A stretch of DNA of 46,277 bases, the filler included, from Jimgerdemannia flammicorona (lineage: Eukaryota): assembly GCA_003990765.1 (NCBI GenBank). It is 2 parts of 2 records of this genome, joined end to end, with 100 filler letters (N's around TTAATTAATTAA, not from the genome) between each part and the next. Parts side by side here need not be neighbours in the genome. Positions count along the whole stretch, not along the records: positions 23,190 to 46,277 come from RBNJ01001161.1; 1 more part is not named here. One strand, 5' to 3'. The position numbers were made by a program, and so were the translations under genes. The notes under the pieces were generated by a model, which did no database searches, had not been told where the DNA came from, and was given only the letters and a program-made list of their open reading frames with translations. The stretch's first letter is position 1, and each line of letters opens with the position of its first letter. Below are positions 35,361 to 46,277 of the stretch, one piece after another.

Positions 35361-37930
35361 AGTGATTTTTCTTCTATTATATAGTAGATCAACCTCATTT
35401 ATCTTCCAGTTGATGTTTGGGTTATACTTGGTTAACTAAGTTTTTCCAAAAAGAATGTTATATTCTGAAAGATCTACAATACTAAAATCTAGCTTCTCTT
35501 GATATTTGCTAATCTTGAGTAATAGATTTTTATAGATTTAAATTAATGAAAGAGTCTTACTATCACCAATGGTGACTTGTTCTTTTTGGTTACTGGTTTG
35601 CTTTAAGCTATAATCCTTTTACCTGTCTTAGTACTGATGTTGTTTTCTATAGCACTATTATTCTGTAGGATCACTATTGGCTAGTCTATTAAACATAATA
35701 CAACTATTTTTCTTTTTGATAATATTGAGTTTATTCTCATTATTTCAATTGATTTTATTCTTCTTGAAGTCAGTTTTGTCTCATTTTTTACAAGTAGTAT
35801 AGTCAGGTTTGAGTTCTACTATTATCTCCTTATCTTAATATCTTATAGTTTAGATCTTAAAAACTTTAGAGGGAGATATATAGTATTTACTAATATATTC
35901 TATATAGTATATTTAAATTAAATAAGAGCATTATCTATATAGTATACAACTATCTGCAATTCTCTAGTACTAGTTTTTAATACTTATTTCCTTTACTATA
36001 TTGACTCTTTATTTGCAGAGAGTTCAGTCATTAGAGCTAAATCATTTCTTATCTTGGTCTGACTTTTCAGATTAGAAACTTCTTCTATAATAGGATCTTC
36101 TTGAATCTTTTGATAATAGCTTAGACAAATCTTTGTTGAATCTTTATATCAAAGAGTATATTATCAATATTATATAAGATGACTCAGATCTCTTCTATAT
36201 AATAAATCCTCTATCTAGACCAATGTTGAATTCTTTAGGTAGGCCCTTCTTAGCTTGATAGATATAGGTTTCTATAGGTGCTTGTATGTCAATGCTAGTT
36301 CACACTATTATATTTGAGTCTAGTGAGATAGAAAGGTTCTGACTATTGTAGAGATTGTAGTCTATATTAGTTAAATATATCTTATTAGAGATAATAATCA
36401 TATATAACATCTTCTATACTTTAATGATATTCTCTGGACTTTTCTTACTTTATTCTTATGCAATCACAGTAATGCTATGTTTTCTTAATTTACTAAATGA
36501 GTTATCATTTTTCTTTTCAGAATAGTCAGAGAATATATAATTTTTCTTTTTAAGTGAAAGTATAGGCCCTTTTCTCAGATCTGTCTTTATTCATTATTAC
36601 TATGCAACTTAGTTCTTCTGTAGTTCTTTTGGGTGTTCTAGCCCTTGTTTCTGAAAAAAGTAGCTCTTTTATCTTGTGATCTTTCCTTAGTTCTTGGTTT
36701 TATAAGTTCTAAATAGTTAGGATTTTATAGGCCCTATATTATACTTGGGCAAAGCACTATGAGTAGTGCCTGCATCTCTGGAAGAGGTCTTGTTTCTCGA
36801 TCTTCTATATGAGACAATCTGATAATACTATAAAGAGATGATTGGTCCTAGTACTATTGATAGATAGGTTGTTTTCTTAATAGATAAGTACTATGGTCTT
36901 GAGGTAGATATTTATTTTAGTCATAAAGGTTTCAAAGTCCTCCTCACTATCATTATAGAAATTTATATGGGCTAGATTATTCTAGGTATTTGGAATATAA
37001 GCTGTATTTTTATATTTATTCAGTTGGAGAGTCTTGAGTCCTAGAACTATATTATGATTATCTCATTCTGGTCAGTTGTTGGTTGAGTTTTGGATATAGA
37101 CTTGAGGACTGTCTTTTCAGATTATAATGTATTCTTCAAGAGTATATCAGAACTCAGCTATTGGTTTCATGAAAAAGATTGTAACTATTTCTATCTGACC
37201 TACAGATATGATAAATAATTACTAGAATATATTATCTATATTATTAGTGAACATTCAAGAGAATGCTTTATCATCATTCTACTAATTGGTATTATATTCT
37301 ATATTAACTATATTGATGAAACTTTCAATATCACTATTCATTCTACTAAAGATTGGAATTTTCAGAGGTTTGATAGATTTGTTCTGTTTAGCTATCTGAT
37401 CTACTATTCTTGTCAGAGCTACTTACTATTGGGTCAAAGCTTATATATAACTGTCAGTCATTATAGTTGTTAATGGAGATGCTGTGGAAGTTGATTTTCT
37501 AGTAAAATGTCTGCTTAATGAGGTTGAGGTACTATGTGACTGAGGATTGCTTGGTTTTTAGATATGAGATCAAATGAGTTTATAAGGGTGGATAGCTCAA
37601 ATCTCCAGACCGGTAGTTGAACTTATTCAGGTATTTGGTATTCTTTTCTCTTTTGGTTACTAAGAATAACTAGTTGGAATATTTCTAGACCTGTAGTTTC
37701 TTATTGACTATTATCAGACTAGTATCCTCTTTAGTCACTATCTTAATAAGTCTGAGCATTATAATACTGACTTGGTTCTTTGAAAAAGATTTCTAGTTCT
37801 AGTTGAGTAGCTGTGTCTGCTTCTTATTCTAAAGTCTATAAGAGTAAGTCCAACTATTCTTACTCTAGTTTAGTTATTGAGTTCATATGTTAGATTTCAA
37901 CTCTATAATAGAGTGATGTTCAGATTAGAG

Positions 37931-38328
37931 TAGTGTACCCAAATAAATGAAATCAATTTGAATCAAATTTAATTAAGAGTCATTCAAATGAAATTGAATT
38001 TGAATCAAATTGAGAGCTAATTTAATTTAATCAAATTGGATTGAGGTCTAATTTAATTTTCAATATTTATCTCAAATTCAAATATAATAACTAAATAAAA
38101 ATATGTCCAAGTGTAATAATCTTTATTGTGCTAGATTCTCTATTAAAAGATATATTTAACATGCTAAAATGTATCAAATTTAGATATATTTTGATTGAGT
38201 TATTGAATTTTGAAAAATTAGATTCAAATTGGATTTCAAATCAAATTGACTCTTAAATTGATTCAAATATTTCAAATTAAATTGAATTAGAAGTAAATTC
38301 AATTCAATTCAATTTATTTCAAATACTA
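37931..38328. mobile_element. hAT-type MITE, copy 2
   Basis: Ends TAGTGTAC...AAATACTA; flanks GATTAGAG / GATTGGAT (6/8 match). Confidence 0.75.
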
Positions 38329-38546
38329 GATTGGATTTATATAGTATTAGTCTGAATTAATTAGCTTCTTAGCTACCATTTGTACTTTAGAGTCAAAGAT
38401 ATGATCTAGAAATTCCTAGTTGATTATAGTAATCAATTCTGGGGTCTAAGTACAGCTAGTGTGGCTTTGGATAAGTATATTGAACCTATTATAGCTAAAA
38501 ATATTCTTAAGATCTCGGTGGTAGTTCCTAAATACTTCATTAAGAT

Positions 38547-40257
38547 CTTTTTTTTTTTTTTTTTTTTTATAATCACTTGGACTTCACCATTTATTACTAG
38601 TCTATTGATATAGTTACAGTATCTCCTCCCACTACCCAATCCCCATAGGGGAGCCCCTCTCCACACCTTCATATTTAAGACTACTTTACCACCCACTATC
38701 TCAACCCTCTCCCCACTCTACCCACAGATTTTCTCTACTAAGCAATACCTCTGGCCACCCTGCAAACACCAACCAAGCCACCAGCCCATTATAATGTCCT
38801 CCATTAGCCCTTGCTATCTCAACTGCCACACCCCCAAACTCATGCTCCTCCCTTCCTCAAAAACAAACAACCAGTGACCTGCTAACTCCACCCAAACTAC
38901 CAATACCCAATCTAAAGTAAGCAATACCTTTCCCACCCCCCCACACCAATCTATCCCTCAAATCCTCCCACTGATCCTGCTCACCATCTCCTCTACACAT
39001 GATACCCAATCCATTCCCAACTGCTGGCCAAAAGTCACTAAGTACCTTGCACTCTCCTAGCCAATATTCTGGTATCTGTACAAATCCCCCTTCCTGTCCT
39101 ACATTGTGGCACTCCTCACAGTCAAAGCTTCCCCCCTTGACAAGGTGTCCCAAGCAGAAGTTAGGTATGATATTCCTCTACAACATGCACCACCAGACCA
39201 CTCAGTACTTCAGAGACATCCACTGCCTTATCTCAGCACTTCAGGCCCAAACCCCATTCCAGTCCCACTCCTCTTCAATACCTGCCAGCTGCCATCCCTT
39301 AGGCCATAGATCCTGTCCTGACTCTCTCTGGTACTCAATCTCATTGCTAATATCAAAATCAACCAGGGGGATGCCCTCCAGCAATATCTGGTCCCATCTT
39401 CACATTGCTGGGTCCCAAGGCACCTTCCCTTCATTTCCCCAACAGTGAATTCCAATTCAGTGTACCCCATCTGCAACCCTGCACTATAAGTCTTTATACA
39501 GCATGTGCTCAATGTTCCAAAGCCTAACCAAGGACAGGTAGAGCCTCTTGGCGAGGACCTCATCTCCCAGACCTTCTGTATCAGGGGAACCCAGCTACCC
39601 CCTCTCAACTCCACCACTCTCTTTAGCCATCATGCTCTCAGGCAGTACAGCCTCTTCAGAAAATCAACCAGCCAAAGGCCCCCTCTAGCCACTGGTAAGG
39701 ATAAGACCTCCCAGGTGATCTGACTCCTTCTCCCAGCCCAGATCCACCCCTTGGCCAGTTTCATCAGTCTCTTCATCACTCAGACTGAGAAGTCCAGGTG
39801 ATAAGCCAAATACCACAGCTTTGACAGTCAGTAGATATTCAAAATCAAAACATACCCCACCAGAGACAAGTGGTGTTCTCTCCAACTCTGCAGGGCCTCC
39901 CCTCAGATTGCAATCTTCTGCTCTCACTAAGGTCTCAGTAGGACTGACCCATATACTGACAGATAGATACCCAAGTACTGTACCACCTCCCCAGTAGGGA
40001 CAATTGTTCCAATGACATCTCCTCCCACCAGGCCATTGCCTAACACCATCATTTCACACTTATGCCAATTGTGTTTAGCCCCAGAGTATACCTCATACTA
40101 CTCCACTGTCTCTTTGAGCTCCTCAACATCAGCAATTGATCCCAGGCTAACCACTATGTTGTCTGCAAAGGCTCCAACTTTCCACCCAATTCCAAAAACT
40201 GAGAGTCTGAGTATCTTCTGTCTAATACTATCCACCAAAGGTTCTAGGGAAAGAGAA
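38547..40257 (-). mobile_element. 5'-truncated LINE (RT C-terminal half to poly(A))
   Basis: T-run ~38547-38568; YSLSLEPL..WKVGAFADN; CEECHNVGQEGG; colinear with 1-1710. Confidence 0.92.
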
Positions 40258-40480
40258 TACCGACCTTGGGATGGGCCCTGGCAATTTGAGTAGGGATGGC
40301 TGATCATTGGCTTCTTGTCTTTAAGAAGAGCCAGCAGGTTGCAATTGGTGCTAGGGTAGTATGTTGGGAGTGGTTAATACTTGACATTTTCAATGGTTGG
40401 TGGAGAGGGTGGGGATGGGGTTGGGGGGGCTGTCAGAATCTGGTGAATTGTATTTATAAGAAGAGTGGAGGGACAGACTT
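40258..40480 (+). mobile_element. Small LINE ORF2 3'-end fragment in the opposite orientation
   Basis: LGWALAI*VGMADHWLLVFKK..WWRGWGWGWGG is homologous to the ORF2 C-terminus. Confidence 0.8.
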
Positions 40481-40599
40481 GAATAATCTGAATGCATAAG
40501 AACTCCTGAACACACACACCTTTCTCCACTACAATTCGCATTACACACACTTTAACAATACACTTTCAAGTCATTTATTGGAGAAAGGCAACTAGCAAT

Positions 40600-42517
40600 A
40601 TAGACAGCAATGAAATACTGGAGAGCATGTCGGCCAGGGGGGCAGCAGTGCCTTCGACTGGCAGTATGTCAGGAGGAGGAGAGGTGATGGTTTGGGAATA
40701 CCAGGGCCCTCTATGGTGGGCTATGGTGCTGGTGGCAGAGAAAGAGGTGGATTGAGACAATGAGAAGGGGAGAGGATGACCTTTGTGGATAAGGTCAAGA
40801 TGGGGAGAATGGCATCTGGTCTAGATGGTTGGCTGGGCCTGGGGAAGGCATTGATAGCTACTATTGGGGGACAGAGAGGGGCTTCCTTGGAGGGTTGGGC
40901 AGTAGGGGAGAAGGGGGAGTAGGGGCTGGAGATATAACTGCTGATGGAGCTGTGACTGGGGATCTGGAAAAAAATCCAGATGTGATGGTGATTTGTGGTT
41001 CAGAACAGGGGGTGGGCACAAGGCCTGGGGACCTGACAGATGGTGTGACATGATTGGTGTCAGCACTGTTACTCAAGAAATCAAGGTTGGAATTCACTAT
41101 AATGCTGTGTTTCCAGAGCTTAGTGGTGACTGCAAGGATGATCCTGGGGCTGGTGGCACAGGAGGCATAGGGGGCGGCTTCTGTGAAGTTCTTGAAGGGG
41201 AAGGGAGAGATTGAGGTCAGGTTCAAGAAAGAGGTATCATTGTTGGAGGTCATGGAGAAGGGAGTGATGGTGGGTGGAGTAGTGGTCCCTATGGCCAGGT
41301 ATATGTGCTGGGACCCCTGAGTGGTGCAGCTGATGGTACTGGATCTCCCTACAGTATTGAGGGAGAGGGCCAGAGAGTTGATTGTGGAAGTGGTCAAGGA
41401 GTATGGAGAGATTGTGGATGTCAGGTTCAGAGTCTGGGAGGGCACTGAGCTCTGGACTGCATATGTTGATGTCCAGGTAAGACTGGCTGGAAAGGAGAAT
41501 ATGGGGAAGACGAGGGACTGGCCAGCATCTCTTGAGTAGAGATTGGTGGAGTGTAAGGTCTCATAGGTAAAAGAGACACTGGAAGAGGAGAAGGATTTGC
41601 TGGAGGCTCTTGAGGATCTAGCAGGAGTGGTTCAGTGGAGGAGATTGACTTGGAAGGAGTATGAGACCAAGATGGTGGTGGAAATAGTGGATGGCAAGAG
41701 GGTCAGGATGGAATGGGTGACCTGGGAGAAGATGCAGGAGAGGCATATCCAGAAGGAGCTGCTGGAGAAGTTGGGAGGCAGTAGAGCAGGCAGCAGTATA
41801 GAGGAAGATAGTGCAGGATTGAGAGAGAGTGCCTGGGCTGGGGAGCACAGGACAGCCCAAGGTGGGGCCTAGGGTGGATTGAGTGAGAAGGGACAGGGTG
41901 GTATAGAAGCAGATGTGGAAATGAGAGAGGAAGTATACCCTCAGTATAGTGTTTTGAGGGGGGCAGGGGGTGAAGAGGAACTACTAGATATACCTGAGGA
42001 GAAGTGGGATGAGTCAGTGAGGAGGAGTGCATTGGTGGACCCTGTCATAGGGGTTGAGAGGGTCTTCCAGGGTTTTGCAGAGATAGTGGATGAGGAGAAG
42101 TAGCTGTAGAAGACTCTGGAGGGGGTGGCAGTAGAGGAGCTAGGGGGAGAGGACTTCCAGATTATGGAAGATAGGCATTGGGAGGAAATTCTTCATGGTG
42201 AGGAGGTCCCATGGAAGGTTAGGAATGAAATTCTGGCAGTACTCTTGGAATTGGTTAAATACCAAGTGGATGATCAGAGGGAAGCAGAGCTTTGAGTAAT
42301 TGTGAATGATCAGGCAGTATACTTGTGGAATTTGAGAAAGGGTTTGAAGAAGTGGAGGGTGGTCTGCATGGATTATTGTGTAGAAATAGAGGTGGTGGAT
42401 GGGGCAGAGTGTCAGGAAATCTTGGAGGCATTGGATGCTCAGGCCATAGTGGAAGGGGATTTGGAAGCAGAGCAGTGCTTGGATCTGCCTGGGGACAAGA
42501 TGAGCATGGAATACTAG
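40600..42517 (+). pseudogene. LINE ORF1 remnant
   Basis: EYGEIVDVRFRVWEGT, GKTRDWP, EIVDGKRVR match ORF1 of the first copy. Confidence 0.9.
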
Positions 42518-42548
42518 ACTGGGTTTATGATATCAATCATTATTCAAT

Positions 42549-45500
42549 ATGAACAGTATAACTAGAATCTTCTCTTTAAACATGAATAGGTTGAGGGGTG
42601 CAGCTCAGTGGAGGTACATTTTTGATTGGCTCAAGAGCCTGGATACAGATGTCTTCTTACTATAGGATGTGTGATATGTGGATGTGGTCTCACAGGATTG
42701 GACTAGTGAATGGGGGGGGGTGGCAGTGTGGACTAGGTGGGTGGGCATTCTAATTAGAAAGGGGATGGGGGACATTGGTGATATTGGACATTGGGGGAGC
42801 AAGTTGGTGTGGGGAGTGTGGAAGAGGCCTGGATGGAGCTCTTTGACTGTTGGGTCATGTTATTGCCTGGTGGAGAGGGGGGAATGAGTAGACTGGATCA
42901 GATAGTTGAGAGAGGCTGATATTATGAGTGAGTCAGGGATTGACTGCCTGGGGGGTGATTTTAACATAGTATGGGATAGTATGGTGGACAGAACTGATGG
43001 CAGAAGAGGAATGAGGGGCAGAAGCAGTGGGTTGGAGGATTGAATGGAGATGGAGAGGTGGAGTTCCTTGATAGACTCAGGGAGACAGTTTTGAAAGAAT
43101 CACTGAATTTATACTCACTGGGTGGCAGGGCTGGGCTCCAGGATTGACTGAATGTTGATGGTAGAGTATTGGAGAGTGGATGTCTGGGCAGAGCTGGAGG
43201 TGGTTTGGTGCTCTTGGTCAGATCACTGGGGTCTGATAGAGAGGGGGAGGTTTAGGAGAAGTGGGGATGGGCCTGGACATTGGTGGTTGAATTCCTCTTT
43301 ATTGGAGGATGGTTTCTTATGAGTGGACTGGGAGGTAGAGGTTGTTGGGAAAATTAGCAGAAGGTGGGAGCAGGGACTGACAATTGGGGATCACTGGCAG
43401 AGGCTGAAATTGAGTGCTCAGAGGTACTTAAGGGAGGCAGGGAAAGGAAGAAGTGCTCAGTAGTGGCAGCAAGTGCAATGGGCTTCACAGCAATTGGCAG
43501 TGCTCTGGAGAAGATGGGTGGGGGTGCTTGAGGTTAGAGAGGTAGCCAACTGACATATTCTGCAGATTTAAAAGGAAGTTGATGAACTTAAGAAGGTATT
43601 ATAAATGGAGGAAGAGGTTAAACTAAAGAGGATGGTAGCAAGATTGAGGTGGCAAGGGTTGGAGGTGGGAGAGAGACCCACTAGATTTTTATCGCAGTTG
43701 CTCCAAGCATGGAGGACTAAACTACAGTGGGATGATATCTTAGGTGAGGATGGGGAGATGGTAGTGGGGACTCCTGAGATCCTGGGATTGCTGAGGATAT
43801 ACTGGAAGAACTTATGGAGTGAGGAAGAAGGGGATGAGGATCCTCTGAACATTGCGCATCAACTAGAAGATTGGTATCCAGACTCTGCATTGGGCCTGTG
43901 GATGCTGGGGGCTCTGGTGAGGGGGGAGGAAGTGTGCAAGATGTTGGCTGCAACAAGTAAGGGAACTGCTCCAGGAGAGGATGGATTGCCCTGGGATTTT
44001 TGGAAGAAGATGGCTGGGGTGGCAGTGGCACTGGAGGAGATAATGGTGATATATGATACAGTGCTTGAATCTGGAGCTTGGATTGGGGGCCAGCACCTAG
44101 GGCTGGTATCCTTGCTCTATAAGGATAAGGGGAGAAGGGAAGATTGGAAGAACTGGTGACCAATCATGCTTCTTGACATAGACCACAAGCTGGTGATGAA
44201 GGTCTTAGTGTTTAGGCTGTAGGGGATTACTCAGCAGATACTGGGAGTGGAACAGCAGGGATTTTTTAGTGGCCAGTTGATCCAGGATAGTACTGCCTGG
44301 GTCCATAGAGTGATTGAAGGGGCTCGGGCTGCTGGGGTGGATGGTCAGTTGGTGTTTCTGGATCAGGAGAAGGTGTATGACAGAGTGAGGAGAGTCTGGC
44401 TGGAGGGAGTGTTGAAATGAGTGGAGGTTACCCCAGAGTTCAGCAAGGCATTGATCAGTCTACTGGAGGATAGTCAAGCAGCACTAGTAGTAAATGGGCA
44501 CAGGGGTGTGACCTTTTTGCTTGGACATGGGGTGCCACAAGGGGACCCTTTGTTACTCATCCTTTATGCCCTTTCCTCAGAGCCCCTGTTGGATAGGATT
44601 TAGTGTCAAATTGGGGGTTTGGACATTCTGGGGATTAATTGAAAGGTGGGGGCATTCACTGATGATATGGTGGCTAGACTGGGTTCATTAGAGGATGTGG
44701 AAGAACTGAGGAGGACAGTGGAATAGTATGAGAGAGGCTTGGGTGCTTGGCTCAATTGGCTCAAGTGTGAGACCCTGGTGTTAGGTAATGGCATAGTTGG
44801 TGGGGATATGATTGGGAGGATGGTTCTGGCAGGTGAACTGGTCTGATACTTGGGAATATACCTTTTGGTATATGGGTCCCTTCTGCCCTGTGCATGGTGG
44901 GAACAGTGGCTCCTAGTATGGGGAAATGTGTTATTGAAGTAGGGTGATTGGCAAATGTCCTTAGCAGGAAGGGTAATGGTGCTAAATATGTATTGGCTGC
45001 CAAAGTTGTGATATGTGGGGTACCATCTGGACTTTCCAGCATGGGTGGTCAGGTGACTTCTAAAGATGACAAGATCATGGATCTGGGCTGGGTGACAAAG
45101 TCAGATAGAATGGAAGGTTCTGACCCAGCCTATTGACAGAGGCAGGCTAGGCCTGGTGGACTTTACCAAATACCTTCATTGTCTGAGAGCATGGTGGCTG
45201 AAAAGGGCAAGCAAGTTGAGGGGCCAGGAGTGGATTCCTCTCATGCAGAGGGTGTGAGAAACCTGATAATCACCTAGGAGAGCAACTGGCAATCTGCTTG
45301 CAATGGTGGCTCTGGATGGGAGTCAGAGGACGCAATATAAGGGCTTTTGGTGGGGAGTGGTAGATGGTGTAAGGAGAATTGGACTTCAGTGGCAGGGTGG
45401 TGAAGGAGAGGAGGACTGGGGACCACAGATGTAGAGATGGGACAGACTACTGCTGGGTGGGATATTGGTGGAGGATTTCTGGCTTAGTAATAGAATGGAT

Positions 45501-46200
45501 TGTATGCAGGGCCTAGGGGGGGACCTGTGGCCTAAAGTATGGCAGAGAGTGGGGATTGGTGAGGAGTGAGACTGGAATGGTCTTTGGCCTTAGAGCAAGC
45601 AAGTGATACAGTGGCTCCCCCCCAAGCTATAGTATGGTAGAGGTTCTTAAGATAGAATGTAATGTTGAACTTTTGGTCTAGACACTTGGTGGCAGATGTT
45701 ATGTTTGAATGTGAGGAATGCATAGATGTTGGGCAGGAAGGGGGAGTGATATAAATGCCTGAACATTGGCTGAGCAAGTGTGAAGTCCTGGGTGAGTTTT
45801 GGCACTGTATAGCAAACTGATTAGAACTGCAGACCCTGGTGGGGGGAGAAGGGGGGAGATGGGGAGACCTATGCCATAGGTTAGTGGGTAGGGTTGGGGA
45901 CAAATAGCTGACCTTAGGATGGGTTCTGGCAATCTGGATTGGGCTGGCTGGACATTGATTGTATATATTCAAGGAGGGCCAGAAGGCTGAGGTTGGGGCT
46001 AAGGTAATAAGATGGGATTGGCTATTACTTGACATTTTGAATAGCTGGTGGAGAGGGTAGGGACCTGGTGGGGAGAGCCAACAGAGTTTAGTGGATTGAA
46101 TTTGCTGGAAAAGTGGAGGGAGGGTTTGGGTATTGGGTGGCTGAGTTATCCTCTACTAGAGAGAGATGAAGAATGGTGAAGAGGACCCAAGGGGTATTGG
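42549..46200 (+). pseudogene. LINE ORF2 remnant (APE + RT + Cys-rich domain)
   Basis: GGDFN ~42951, SDH ~43218, APGEDGLPWDFW, GVPQGDPL, AFTDD ~44652. Confidence 0.93.
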
Positions 46201-46277
46201 TTGAGGGGTTGGGGGTGTATTTGTATTATTATTTATAGATTGAGGTAACAAAGGGAAGTCCAAGTAACTTCAAAAAA

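Larger units (their letters stand above)
24830..38545 (-). mobile_element. Second Ty3/Gypsy (chromovirus) element, hypermutated, hosting nested insertions
   Basis: Minus strand order gag (~37400-35900), protease (~35700-35380), RT (LVYINDIL ~34510-34531), RNase H split at 33623/27312, integrase (~26700-26200, IISD*DTNF), chromodomain (~25750-25620); outer limits approximate. Confidence 0.85.
40568..46277 (+). mobile_element. Full-length decayed L1/Tx1 LINE, related subfamily
   Basis: Colinear with the reverse complement of 1-5792; poly(A) at 46272-46277; CpG nearly absent, many TAG/TGA stops. Confidence 0.95.

Overview
Eukaryotic, fungal-like repeat graveyard with no recognisable host gene. 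It holds L1/Tx1-type LINEs (a nearly intact copy at 1-5792 minus, a decayed full-length copy at ~40568-46277 plus, and four 3' fragments) and two heavily C>T/G>A-mutated chromodomain Ty3/Gypsy elements. It also holds an Ngaro/DIRS-type tyrosine-recombinase retrotransposon inserted at an ATT inside a Gypsy RNase H, two hAT-type MITEs with 8-bp TSDs, and three hAT-type DNA transposon remnants. The most notable signal is that all three hAT-type remnants carry a homologous passenger gene with an HxD..D / HG beta-strand signature resembling TET/JBP-type 2OG-Fe(II) dioxygenases. Two of these copies lie convergent to a hAT transposase, separated from it by a GC-rich hairpin repeat array. All assignments come from manual motif reading and back-mutation of C>T changes; no searches were run. 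An artificial N/TTAATTAATTAA linker at 23090-23189 means the two halves may not be contiguous.
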